From contig MU057073.1 of assembly GCA_013239625.1 (NCBI GenBank), forward strand, positions 8,425,997 through 8,489,996: a DNA stretch of 64,000 nt, read 5' to 3'. The DNA is from Lama guanicoe. Its lineage: Eukaryota. Position numbers and translations under genes: made by a program. Below the pieces are notes generated by a model that worked only from the letters and a program-made list of their open reading frames with translations, did no database searches and was not told the DNA's origin. The stretch's first letter is position 1; each line of letters starts with the position of its first letter. Shown here one piece after another: positions 23,809 through 36,370 of this stretch.

Positions 23809-23849
23809 ACAGGTAGACGTTTAGTTCTGAGGAGGACCTCAGATGTCAG

Positions 23850-23975
23850 GGCACTTTGAAGATGGGGAAGCTGAGGCCCAGGGAGGGAAAGGGGCTTCTG
23901 GAGGGTCACATAGTGAATGAGGGGCAGAGCCAAGGCTAGGACCCCACTGGTCCTCATCCAGTGCCCATTCCCTTC
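23850..23975 (-). mobile_element. MIR fragment
   Basis: 'agatggggaagctgaggcccagggagggaaag...ggtcacatagtgaatg'. Confidence 0.7.
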
Positions 23976-24829
23976 CCCCAGGCCTGCTCAGTTACCCGGT
24001 TCAGCCCGGAGACCCCTGTCTGGGCCAGCGCTTTGCCTGTATACGTGAGTGCTCAGTCTAGCCCGAGGTTAAGGCAACACGGAGCCCACAGCCTTGTGTT
24101 GGTGTAGACACAGCCCCTGCTCTCTGTGTGGCCGCAAGCCGGGCACTTACTTTTACTTTTTTGCTCTCCGCCACCAGAATCTGGACCAAGCTCAAACCAG
24201 ACATGTCATCTCTTCCCCGAGCCACAGACCCGAGCAGACCTCTGTGTGCATCTATCTTACGGTCTAAGGACTGGAAAGGATTTAACAAAAACCAGTGGCT
24301 TTTCTGCCTGTGGCCTGTGACATGGTGGATAGAGAAAAAGATTGACTTCTTTGGAACAAAGCGGTTCAATGAAAGACTCCTTATTCCTTGATTGTTGAGG
24401 ATGGGTTTACAAGGAAGCTTTCCAGCGTGGGGTTTGCTTGTGGTCCTCTCCCCAAATGCTGCTTCTGAAACATAGAGGCAGGGGTCCGGGTGTCAGCAAC
24501 AAATGATCAGAGGAGCATTTTCCCTTACTGTACCTTAGATCACACTGGAAACAGAAGGGGCCCTCCCTCAAAATTCAGTGCAAAAATGAGACAGTGAGTA
24601 GGTGCGACTGATGGCTGTGTTACCCAACCACTCTGGTGGGGGTGCTGAGGGGTCCAGTCCCTTCCTCCTGCGGGAGCCTGCAGGGCTGGTCCTTGGCTCT
24701 GGTTTGTCTGCAAGTTCCCGGCTGGGAGGCAGCCACCTGGGGCAGCTGTCACCTGGTGTCCCAGGGAAGGAGAGTGGGGGGAAGGTGGGGAAGGAGAGTC
24801 TGAGGTTGGAGTGGCACGTAAATTCTATC

Positions 24830-25440
24830 TTTAAACATTTTAACTTACTTTACTCTTCATTTGGAAAGAATCGTAGACTCACAAGAAGTTGCAAACATAG
24901 TACCAAGAGGTCCTGTGGCCCCTTCTCCCAGCTTCTGCCAGTGGTGACAACTTCTGTGACTGCGGTGCGTGACCAAACCCAGCACGTTGTCCGGCACGAT
25001 GCAGTGACCCAGACTGCAGGTTCTGCTTGGGTTACACCGGTTTTTGCATGTGTTCGTGTCATTTTATGTTTTTGTCTGTCCTTGTGTATCGTTCTGTGCC
25101 ATTTGATCCCATGTGTAGGTTCGTGACCATGACTGTGATCATGATGTAGACTGTGCTTCAAAGAACTCTCTCCTGCTTCCCCAAGATAGTGATCCCGCCT
25201 TCCCTGTGCCTGATTCCGTGTTCCTCTCATCTTTTCCGCACCTAAGTTGGTCACATCGAGGGGGTCACAGGAATGGAGCCGTATGGTATAACCCTTTGAG
25301 ACTGGCTTTTTTCACCCTACGTAACATCCAGGGGATCCATTCAAGTGCTTTTTGTCTGTTTGTTTGTTTGTTTTATTATTACTGAGGAATATAGTCCATA
25401 GTGTGGATGTACCATGGTTTGTGTCATTCGAATCCCGTCT
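24830..25440 (-). mobile_element. L1MC/MD-type 3' end
   Basis: 'tagactcacaagaagttgcaaacatagtaccaagaggtcctgtggccccttctcccagc', 'tttgagactggcttttttcac', 'atagtgtggatgtaccatggtttg'. Confidence 0.8.
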
Positions 25441-25564
25441 AAATTGCCAAGTCTGCTCAATTGGTGGTGGCACCTGAAACGTGGTGACAAGGAATGACTG
25501 AGCCTTGTCCCAGTCAGCAGAGGACACACCTTGGGGATGGGCAGCATGATTCCTACTCGCTAAT

Positions 25565-26230
25565 GCACACATTCACTCAGCACATTTATCTGGCACTGAC
25601 TCTGTGGAGTGTCACAACTCAATGGTGAATGAGAGACCCAGTTCCAGACATCCGTGAGCTTGTGACTCAGTGGAGGAGACCGCATTTAATACAAAAACAG
25701 GAAAATAAGTGGCTGTCACTTGTGATAAGGGCTTTAAGGAAAAGAGCCGGGTTCTGGGTGTGGAGATAATTTCAGGTGCTGTGAATGCATCAGTCTCTTC
25801 TGAGCAAGATGAAGAGGAGCCGGTTCACGGAGGGGAATGGCATTCCAGGCCCAGGAATGGCATGTGCGAGGCTCAGAGGCTGGAAAGAAGTGCACACTTT
25901 GGAAGAATGGACGGAAGGCAGAAGCACGGCAGCATGATCCTGGGGTCGGAGATCAGGTTGTGCTGGCTCATGTGGGTCCTCATAGGTGGAACATTTTATC
26001 TCCAGGGCAAGGGGAGCATTTAAGCAGAAGAGACATATTGTGAGGTTTGTGTCTGACAAAGACCGTGCTGGCTGCGGTGTGGATATTGGACCACGGCGGG
26101 TGAGCGTGGAAGCCGGGAAACTCCTTGGGGTGTCGTGGTGGCTTCCTGTGACTGTGACCATGACCATGGGGGTCTGGCCTAAGCTTTTGGCAGTGGAAAC
26201 GAAGAGAAGTGGACAGACTGGAGAGCTTGC
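25565..26230 (-). mobile_element. L2 LINE 3' portion
   Basis: Tail 'cattcactcagcacatttatctggcact'; 'ggcattccaggcccaggaatggcatgtgcgaggctcagaggc'. Confidence 0.75.
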
Positions 26231-28649
26231 TGATCAGAGGTGGAACTGCGTGATCCGTGTGCGGACGAAGCTCAGGGCCTGCTGCTGTCTGGGGCTGGTT
26301 GGTACCACCCTGGGCTTCAGGTTACTGGGAAAGGGCCACACGAGGTGACAGAGAGGGCAGACAGGCTCTGGGGAAAGTGGCTGAGTTCAGATTCTGGCTC
26401 CTGCTTTTGCTGGCAGCCTGTGCTTGAAGTGACTTAGCTTCACCCAGCCTTTATTTCCCCAGCAGAATGGCTGTAATCATCCCCTATGGGAGCTGTGGCA
26501 AGGACCAAACAGGATGCCCCGAGTGTGGCACCCAGCGCGGCCGCCGATGCAGCAGGACCTCCGTGAGCTGTAGTCACCTTCTCATCTCCCCCGGCTGAGG
26601 ACAGGGGCTGGGTCTTGTTGCGCCTGGTCACACCAGCATCCAGCAAGTGCCTGCCGCAGGGCGGGGGCTCAGTAAAGGCTTGTTAATTTTTTTCTTTTCC
26701 TTGAATTTCCTCGAGAGTCTTCTCATCTGGGTGCACCTGGGCAGCGCTGGGGGGCTGTGGGGCGTGGGGTCCAGTGCAGGAGGCTCAGGGGACGGACTGG
26801 ACTGCCCAGGACCCTTTGATGTGTTTCATTTTTAGGGCGTGTGATTCATACTACACATTGGCTATTGGAGCTATAAAGAGCATCCCCCAGGAAAGGGATT
26901 GGAAATGAAGACCCTGCAGGTCCAGAGGGCCAGCCAGCTACCATATTTCCTTCATTTGAAATGGATGAGTTTTCTCTTTTCTCCTAGTTTCCAGCGTTTC
27001 TGAAGTCAGGATACATCTTGCATCTGTGTGCATTATGGGGCTCCCCTGCTCCCACCAAACTCTTGTTAAATCTTTCAGTTGATGGTATTTTATATCGAGG
27101 AAATCTGGCTGTGCTTGGCTTCCTGGCCCCACCACCCCTTCCCTGTGATGTATTAAGTCACTGTGAATTAGGCTGGACGAGCCAGACAGATCCTGTCTGA
27201 AGGTTTTCAGAGTCCCTCGGCGGTCTCACTTTGCTGTCCAAAGCTTCTGCAAGTAGATGGAGATATTTTATTATTTGGTAGCCGATAACTTCCTCAGCAT
27301 GGTCTCCTGGGGGTTATTACTGGTGAACTCAGAGACATTTGCTTCACGTCAGATTTTACCCTCTGACAACGCAAAGCGTTAAAGGAGAGAAATCCCCACC
27401 AGTGACGTGTGTGCCGCGGGGAAGGTGTAGAGGTGAGGCGCCGGTTACCGGGCCGGCAGAGGGAACTAACTCCCTCAGACCCTGTCTCCTGGCAGTGGGC
27501 AGTCATGGCAGGGCTTTAATGGGCGGTGCAGGGTCCAGATGACCGCGGAGAGAGTCGGCACCCAGTTCAGCAAGCGCACGAGCTCCTGTGTGGATGTTGG
27601 GACGTGTGGAATGGAAGGGAGGTGGAGGGAGAAACCCTTTGGGCTCTGGGTGCACAAGGCTTGGGGTGGGTGAAGCCACTGAACCTGCAGCCTCTGGTCC
27701 CCTGTGCTGCTCCAGGTTAGTGATGTTGAACACCTGGGTATGAGTGGTTCCGACTGTGGACACGACTGGCTGTGAGGCTGGCCCTCCTGTTCTCAGTTCT
27801 GTGATTTGGGGACACGCTGGACCTGCTCCGCCTTTTCCCAAACGACAGCCCTTCAGAGAGTGGGCCATGCCAGACAAGGGTCTGAGTCCGAGGCTGTCAC
27901 TCTGCATGCATTTCTACTGATGGGTGGAGGACCCCAGGGCCCATGTCACAGGGGAGGTGCTGGTGCCGTGGGGCCCCTCAGGACAGGGAAGCAGCCCTAG
28001 AACCTCTTGCTGTGTTGTCTGCATGTTATGATTGGCTCATGGCCACACATCCCGTGAGGACCTGAGGGGCACATTCCTCTCTTCCTCTGTCCCGGGCAGA
28101 GCTGGGGCTGCTCCAGCCCCAGGGGTTCGCTGTGAGTGCAAAGGAGACAGAACCAACCAGCGTAGAGGTTTGTAGATGGTGGGCCCTGGAGCCTGGGGTC
28201 TGAGGGGTGGCTCCCGGCAGCTGGGAGGGTGCGGGGAGCAGACAGGGCGGAGCTCGGGCTCCCGAGTGCTCCCCTCCCCAACCCAGAGCAGCCCATTTCC
28301 ATCTGTTTTAAATATTGTGTGCTTGGTGAGGTGACCTTCTGAAGGAGGTTGGAAGCCCGACTTGCAGGCCACCACGGCCCACGTGTTTGGGACCTCAGCC
28401 TCGAAGTTATTTACTGATCTGCCTCCGGGCTTCATCCTGTTTCTCCCGTTCTGTTTCCCTTTGGATGATTTCTTCACATCATTTGCATGTTGCATTTTCT
28501 GTGCCTTCTCATGCTGCTCCAAATCCTTTTTGGTTTTGAGCCAGGCTGGACAAATTGACTGACTGACAGTGTTTACCCCTGTCTCCTCTGTGTCACTCTC
28601 ATCTTAGAGTCCAGGTCCAGGGCTATAAGAAGCAGGTCGTGGGGTCCTG

Positions 28650-28876
28650 AGACCACCGCCCCAGTATCCCTCAACCCTTCCATGCACTGCCATGCGGCCC
28701 GTCCCTGGCGGAGCCCCGCTGCCTGCAGAGCTGAGATGCCGGCTCACTGGTGCACCCTTCCTGCCCTGCTCAGCTCCTCTGTCCCTTACTTAGTCTTCCT
28801 GGGACAACCTCCAAATAAACAGCCGGGCTCAAGCCCTGGTCTCAGGGTCTGCTTTTGGGGAATGCAAGTGGAGACA
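28650..28876 (+). mobile_element. ERVL LTR 3' part (LTR16/33-like)
   Basis: 'cctccaaataaacagccgggctcaagccctggtctcagggtctgcttttggggaatgcaagtggagaca' (polyA signal and LTR end). Confidence 0.7.
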
Positions 28877-29439
28877 TTTGGGGGATAAAAAGAGAGCGTC
28901 TCAAGAGGTTAGCACCATACCTGGCATGTTAGTTAGTACCTCATAAATATGGGCCATTGTGGTTGTGTCCTCATCCCTGTCACATCATCAGCACTGTCGC
29001 TGTCACCATCTCGTGATCATCAAAGTCATGTCTTCTCTTTAGGAGAAGCCTGCCTAATTAATGAGGAGAGATTTCCCCCACAAACCCCTGCTCCCCTGCA
29101 CAGAACTGGCAGTGGGCACCTGGGACACTTGCGCTCCAAATCAGCTGCCCATCAGATGTCCCAGGATCTTGTCCCTGGTCCTGACACCTGCCAGGGGCCC
29201 TGCTGTAGCTACTCTTTTTGCTTTTCCGACTTTGAACTGTAAGGTAGAGTCTCGAGTGTCGCCCTTGGAGCAAGGCCAGGGAAGTCCGCCCCTCCCTGTG
29301 GGCCTGGCAATCCCCACCAGCCGCGTTCCAGTGGGAAGATTCAGTGATTTGCAGAAGGCAGTCATTTTCTGGGCCCAGATGGCTGCACTCCCCACCCCAA
29401 TCCCTCCCCAAACAAGATGCATGTCCCTCCTGCTCCATG

Positions 29440-29700
29440 GTCCAGTGATTAAAGCAAACATATTCAAAGCAATGAGTTGTGCCAAATCAAAGGAAGACGA
29501 AGAATGCATAAAACCCCAGCAGTTTAAGTTTCATATTGGAATATCAAAGGAATATTGAAATATAGGAATATCAAATACCAATTCGTTATTTTTTTTAATG
29601 TTTTGCATTTACAGACTCAATTTCAATGGGATAAAGCCTGCTCTCTTTAAGAGGCTCCCGTATAATACAGACTTCATTGGTTTTAAAGGAAACAGATTGG
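29440..29700. promoter_or_regulatory. Candidate Wnt/TCF-LEF-responsive enhancer
   Basis: TTCAAAG 29463-29469, ATCAAAG 29486-29492 and 29543-29549, all in the same orientation, plus GCAAACA and CATAAAA motifs in repeat-free DNA. Confidence 0.35.
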
Positions 29701-29947
29701 AAACCTGGGGCACAGACAGGTTTTCTCTTTCCCTTTCTTGCACAGCTGTGAAGGGGCTATGTGCAAGGAGAGCCAGAGATATTTGCTGATTTATTAGTCA
29801 AGTCATCAAGGCCTCACGGAGGTGCTCTTGGGAGCCCAGTGTCACACTAGGTGCTGGAGAGACACAGAGAAATGGAGAAGGTGGTATGTTATGGTTCCTG
29901 CCTTCGAGGAATCTCAGTCTTTCTTTTAAAGTAAGATCCACTTTTAT

Positions 29948-30461
29948 CATATTAGTCAGAGTTTTCTAGAGAAACAGACCAATAAATAAGACATATGTGT
30001 GTATATAAGTGTGTGTGCATGTGTGCACATGTGCACATGTGTGTATCTCTTTCTCTCTCTCGTCTTTGCTGTGAAATTTATTTTAAGAAATTGGCTCATG
30101 TGGTTGTGGGGATTGATAAGTCCAAAATCTGCAAGTCCGGCCAGCAAGCTGGAAATTCCAGCAGGCATTGAAATTGCAATTTTTGAGTCCAAAGGCACTC
30201 CAGAGGCAGAATTCCTCCCCCTTAGGAAATCTGTCCTTGCACTAATTTCTTCAACTTATTGGATGAGGCCCACCTGCATCATGGAGTGTAATCTGCTTTA
30301 CTTAAAGTCTACTCATTTAAAAGTTAATTTTACTTAACACCTACTTATTTAAGGATTAATAACATCTAAAAATATCTTCACATCAACATCAAGACTGATG
30401 TTTAACTAAACAGTTGGGCACCATAGCTTATCCAAACTGATGCATAAAATTAACCATCACA
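29948..30461 (-). mobile_element. ERVL solo LTR MLT2 (B/D-like) with internal (TG)/(TC) microsatellite
   Basis: 'tattagtcagagttttctagagaaacagaccaata', 'attggatgaggcccacc', 'cataaaattaaccatcaca'; TSD-like tttat/cttat. Confidence 0.9.
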
Positions 30462-30519
30462 CTTATCAAATGACCTAAAAGGAGTATAAAATCCAGTGGT
30501 GAATTTGCCTGGTTGTCAG

Positions 30520-31162
30520 ACTCCTCCAATGTGCAGCATTGTTCCAAGTACTGGAGAATAAGTGGGAAATAAGGTGTCAGGTCTCAGACATTCTGCTGGT
30601 GGAAACCTGATGATAAGAAAGTGAACAGATGCATGAATGAGACAAGTTCAAGGAGTCAGAGGAGCCATGGAGAAAATGGACCAGGACAGTATGATGGAGA
30701 GAAGTGACATGCAGCTCTGGGTGGAGGGAGAGCAACTTTGATGGAATGGATGGGCAATTCTTTGGGGAGGTGACATCTCAGCTGAGATCTGAGGAGCCAG
30801 AAGCAGCCAGTGATGTGACAGGTGGAGGGAAGAGTGTTCTTGGCAGAAGGAACAGCAAGTGCAAAGCCCTGAGGTGGGAAACAGTCTGGCATATTGTGAG
30901 ATCAGAAAGAGAGCTTGTGTGGCCAGAATGAGGAAAGAAGTGACACATCATGACGTTAGAGGGATAGACGGTAGTTGGAACATTCTGGAATTGGGAAGCC
31001 ATTGAAAATTGATGGGAAGCCTTTCAGAAGTGATAAGCAAGTGAGTGACATGACCTGATTTGGTTTTTGAGAGTCATTCTTGCTGCTGCTAGAGCATGGG
31101 TGTCAGGGAATAAGGGTGCAAATGCAGAGCCCAGTTACGAGGCTGTTGCAAAAATTCGTGGG
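30520..31162 (-). mobile_element. L2 LINE (3' half; continues at 35075-35330 after the L1 insertion)
   Basis: 'gaggtgacatctcagctgagatctgagg', 'aacagcaagtgcaaagccctgaggtgggaaac', 'gagtgacatgacctgatttgg'. Confidence 0.85.
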
Positions 31163-34100
31163 AGGGGAAATGGCTTCTGGAATGGCAGCATGAGAACCCT
31201 GCAAACCCTCTCCCCTGTGAAATAACCATAACTGGTGAAAACTATAAAAACACGACCAATAACATCTCTGGAAATTAGTCTAAGGGCATACAGCAAAGAA
31301 AGAAAAATGTTTTAAATAAAATCTATCAAATTTGTGATAATGAATGTACAATCCACCCCCTCCTCTCTGCTCCCAGCTTAGCTGGCAGAAGCACTATTCC
31401 GGGTGAGTATAGCCAGGAGCACAGGATTGAATCCTTGCATCCTAGCCCCCAGTGAGGCCATGGCATCTCCTCAGGAGGGACAGGCCTCTAGCAGCACTCA
31501 GCTCCCCAGTTCTGTGCTGCAGAGGCTCTATTCTAGGCATGAGTGGCTAAGAATTCTGGGGCTTTCCCTCCATTTGTAGGACACGAGCTCTCCCCAAGGT
31601 GACGCAGGCCAAGATTACTGGAACTTCAGTCACCAGCTTGCTTATAGGTGGAAGTTTCACTAGCAGAAGGCCAGCAAGAAATTAAAAAGCTTGAACAGCA
31701 TGATAAAGCAACTAGATTTAACAAACATCCATAAAACACTTTATCCAACGATAATAGAATACACAGTCTTACTAGTGCCCATAGCCTAGTCTCTAGAATA
31801 GATCCTATTCTAGGACATAAAACAAGTTTCAATGAATTTTTAAATGGTTGAAATACCAAGTTAGCTCTCCAACCATGATAGAATGATATTAGAATCAATA
31901 ACACAAGGAAATTAGGGAAATTCATAAAAATGTAGAAATTAGACAGCATATTCCTAAATAACCAATGAGTCAAAGAATAAATCACAAAGGAAATTAGAAA
32001 ATACCCCGAGACTAATGAAAATGAAGATGCAATTTACTAAAACATAAGGATGCAGCTAGAGTGCACTTAGATGGAAGTTTATAGGGTAAAAGTCTATATC
32101 AAAAAAAGAAAGATTTTAAATCAATAACCTAATCTTCCATCTTAAGACACTTGGAAAAGAAAAGCAAACTAAACCTGAAACAAGAAGAAGGAAGAAAATA
32201 ATAAATATTAAAGAGGAAATAAATGAAACAGACAATCGAGTAACAATAGAAAAACATCAATTGGGTATTTGAAACAATCAACAAAATTGACAAATCTTTG
32301 GCTAGACTTACCAAAAAAAAGAAGAAGGGTCAAATCACTAAAATCAGGAATGAAAAGAGGAACACTACAACCAAATTTCACAGAAATAAAAAGAACGATA
32401 AGGGAGAACTATGAATAACTATGCCAACAAATTAGATCACTTTGGTGCAATGGACAGATTCCAAGAAACATTCTATCAAAACTGAATCATGAAGAAATAG
32501 AAAATCTGAATAGACCTATAACAGGTAAAGAGATTGAATTAGTAATTTAAAAACTTCTCACAAAGAAAAATTCAGGCTTAAATGGTGAATTCTACCAAAG
32601 TCTTAAAGAACTGACATCAATTCCTCACAAAGTCTTCTCTAAAAAGGAGGGAACACTTCCCAACTCATTCTATGAGGGCAGTACTAATTTGATATCAAAC
32701 TAAACACAGATATTACAAGGAAACTATAAATCAATATCTCTTATAAGTATGCAAAATCCTCAACAAAATAATAGCTAACCAAGTCTAGTGATAAATAAAA
32801 AGGTTTGTAGACTCTGACCATGTGGGATTTATCCTAGGAATACAAAGTTGCTTCAGCATCCAAAATCAATTAACATCATATCAATGGAATAAGGACAAAA
32901 ACCTACATGAATATCTCAGTAAGTGTAGAAAAAGCATCGACAAAATCCAATACTCTTACATGATAAAAACGCTCAACAAACCAGAAGTAGAAAGGAACTT
33001 CCTTAATCTGACAAAAAAATCTATGAAAATCCCACAGTTAACATCATACTTCATGGTGAAAGACTAACTATTTTCTCCCCAAGATCAGGACTAGGACAGG
33101 GATATCTGCTCTTGCCAATTCTATCTACTATTATCCTGCCAGGGCAATTAGGCAAGAAAATGAAATAAAAATCATCCAGATTAGAAAGAAGAAGTAAAGC
33201 TATCTGATATTTGTAAATGACATGATCTTGTACATAAAAATCCTAACTAATCCTCTGAAAATTTATTAAGACTCTTTGACAAGTCCAGTCACATTGCAAG
33301 GTAAAAGATCAATATACAAAAATCAATTGTATTTCTATATATCATCAGTGAATATGAAATCAGAAAATGAAATTAAGAGAACAATTTCATTTACAATAGC
33401 ATCAAGAAGAATAAAACGTTTAGGGAGAAGTCTAAGAAAAAAGTGTAAAATGTATGCTCTGAAAAGCACAAAACATTGTTGAAGAAGTTTAAAAAGACTC
33501 AAATAAAAGGGAAAGCATCCCATGTTTGTGGATCAGAGGGCTTAATATTATTAAGATGACAACACTACACAAATTGAGCTATGGATTCCATAAAATTTCT
33601 ATCAAAATCACACCTGGTGTTTTTCCAGAAATTGGCAAACTGATTCTAAAATCCACATTGAAATTCAAGGAATCCCCAAATAGCCAAAACAATCCTGATA
33701 AAGAAGTACAAAGTTGAAAGATTAACACTTCTCAATTTGAAAACTTACTAAAAAGCTACAGCAATCAAGATAGTATGGCATTGGCATAAGGATAGATATA
33801 TTGAAAAATGGAATAGAATTGAGAGTCCAGAAATAAAATCTCAAATAGACAGTCAATTGATTGTCAACAAGGATACCAAGGCAGTTCAATGGGAAAGAAT
33901 AGTGTCTTCAATGAAAAGTGCTGAGGCAGCTTGAAATTCACATGCAAAAGAATGAAGTCAGGCCCCTACCTCACACCATATACAAAAATTAACTCACACT
34001 GGATCAACAACTTAAATGCAAGAGCTAAAACTATAAAACTCTCAGAAGAAAATATAGGAATAAATTATTGTGAACTTGGATTCGTCAAAGCTTTCTTAGA

Positions 34101-35074
34101 TATAATACCAAAAGCACAAGTGACCTAAGAAAAAACAAGATAAATTAGACCTCATCAAAATTAAAATATTTTATGATTCAAAGGATAAAAAATAAAAAAG
34201 ACAACCCACAGAATGAGGTTGCAAATCAGATTTGACAAAGCTCTTATATCTACAAACTCTCATAACTCAATAATTTATTTAAAAAACAAAGAACTCAGTT
34301 AAAAAGTGGGCCAAGAATTTAAACAGATATGTCTCCAAAGAAGATATACAAATAGCTGATAAGCACAGGAAAATATGCCCAACATCATTCATCCTCAGGG
34401 AAATGCAAATCAAAAGCATAGTGAAGACCCTGCCTCATGCCTACTAGAAGGGAGCACTCGTACATTGCTGGGAAGATTGTGCAATAGTGCAGCTGCTTTG
34501 AAAAACAATCTGGTAGTTCTTCAAATGGTTAAAGAGTTACCAGGCAATCCAGCAATTCCACTCTTAGGCATAAACCCAAGAGAAGTAAAAACATACATCC
34601 ACACAAAAATCTGTAGGTGAATGTTCATTGCAGCTTTATTCCATAAGTCAAAAGGTGGAAATAACCCAAATGTCCATCAACTAATGAATGAACAAAATAG
34701 AATCTGTCCATGTAGTGGAATATTATTAATAGCACTAAAAAGGAAGGAAGTNNNNNNNNNNNNNNNNNNNNNNNNNNNNNNNNNNNNNNNNNNNNNNNNN
34801 NNNNNNNNNNNNNNNNNNNNNNNNNNNNNNNNNNNNNNNNNNNNNNNNNNNNNNNNNNNNNNNNNNNNNNNNNNNNNNNNCAGAAGACAATTCATGGTTG
34901 CCTGGAGCTGGCGGTGGTGGATGGGGAGTGACTGCTGACGGGTAGGGGGTTTCTGTTTTGAGTGATGACAATGTTCTAAAATTAGATAGTGGTGATGCTC
35001 ATACACTGAAAGCCACTGAATGATACACTTTAAATGGATGCAACGTAATTTACATCTCAATAAAGCTGCTTAAC
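31163..35074 (+). mobile_element. L1MB-type LINE-1 fossil: 5' UTR start joined to decayed ORF2 and 3' UTR
   Basis: Decayed ORF2 peptides GFILGIQSCFSI (32822), FVNDMILYI (33210-33236, FADD motif), WIRGLNIIKM (33526) and PYLTPYTKINSHWI (33931); L1MB 3' end with polyA signal 'ctcaataaagctg'; degenerate TSD aaaattcgtggg (31151-31162) / aaaattccaggg (35075-35086). Confidence 0.92.
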
Positions 35075-35499
35075 AAAATTCCAGGGCAGAGATGAGGGTG
35101 GTCTGGACCACAGTTGTGGGAAGAAGACAGTTGAGACAAATATTTCCAAGAGTTTGCTGATGGGTTGGATGGAGGTGGTAAGGGGAAGTCTGAGGTTTTG
35201 GCCTGAAAAATACGTGCCGTGTACTGAGATGGGAGAAGATGCAGTAGCACAAGTTTTGAGGAGGAAACCTAGGAGTTCTCTCTGGACGTGTTTGAGGGGC
35301 TTAAAAGACATCCTGGTGGAATCCGTGGTGATGCCACACAGGCACATGTGTCACTGTCTCATTCATTAAATGCTCTCTGGTCACACTCTGTTACACTTTC
35401 ACCACAGCCCAGGAGGAACAGTGTTGCTCTTCCTTTCATTCTATAAATGAGGAAACCAAGGCTTGGAAAGCTTGAGGTACTTGGTGTAAGGGGCACTTC

Positions 35500-35693
35500 T
35501 TAAAGGGACCCCATCCTGGATGAAAACTGTAAAGGATCCAGTTCCTTGATGCATCACTGAACAGCTGAATTCACAAACCCAGTGGCCACCCTACAGGGGC
35601 TTCTTTTGGATGAGAAAATACATTATCTTTATTGGTGAAGCCATTTTGAGTGGTAGTATCTGTTTTTGTAGCTGGAAGCATCCTGACCAACAC
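35500..35693 (+). mobile_element. Old MaLR LTR 3' fragment (MLT1J/K/L-like)
   Basis: Ends 'gaagccattttgagtgg...tctgtttttgtagctggaagcatcctgaccaacaca'. Confidence 0.6.
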
Positions 35694-36084
35694 AAGCATT
35701 CCCTGAAGTGTGTATCAATACTGTCGCATAGGTTACTCTCCGTACCAGCCAGGGCTTTTCCTGTTCCTTGGGACAAAATTCTCAATCCTGAGTCTGGGGA
35801 ACAGATGGCGTCAGGCATGGCTGGATCCCAAAACCCTGACCATGTTGTAGTTTTCAGCTTGAAGGCCCACTGGTAGCTGATCCTATCAGGCCAGCAACTC
35901 TGACAAAAAGAGGACTTCTCCACAAAAGGAGCCAGCAGGGAATTTCCAAGGGGGACCCTTTCAGACCAGGTCTGAATCACCTACTCATTTTGTGATGAGG
36001 ATAATGGGAAAGTTTCAGACTCAGCCCCTTCAGAACACTATGGAAATGAGAAGAATCTGTTGTTGGAAGAGGAAAAGGATGCTG

Positions 36085-36370
36085 GGTAAGCAAAAACAAC
36101 AGATGTCCACTGTGCCTGCCGCGAAAGGGCTCTGTGGTCCTTAAGTTTGGGAAATGCTACATATTGCATCTCCCTCTTAGAAGTGCTCATGGCCCCTTGG
36201 CATAGTAAAGGCTCCGAGAAGTCCTGCAGAAAAGGATAAAAATTCTTTAAAAGTGTAAACCAGCATTTGATAAACACTTTCATTTTGTTGTGTTTTGAAG
36301 CCGACTAATCAGCTTCCTATAAACTGCAGTTTTGGAGTGCTGGGCTACACAACACTGTTTCCAGACACTG
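36085..36370. mobile_element. Ancient hAT-type MER DNA transposon fragment
   Basis: 'aagtttgggaaatgct...aaaggctccgagaagtcctgcag...aaccagcattt' resembles an old hAT-Charlie MER; subfamily not determined. Confidence 0.45.

Noticed and set aside
31626-34938. Active reverse transcriptase gene
   Set aside because: L1 ORF2 is broken by many stops, frameshifts and deletions; the catalytic FADD motif reads FVND
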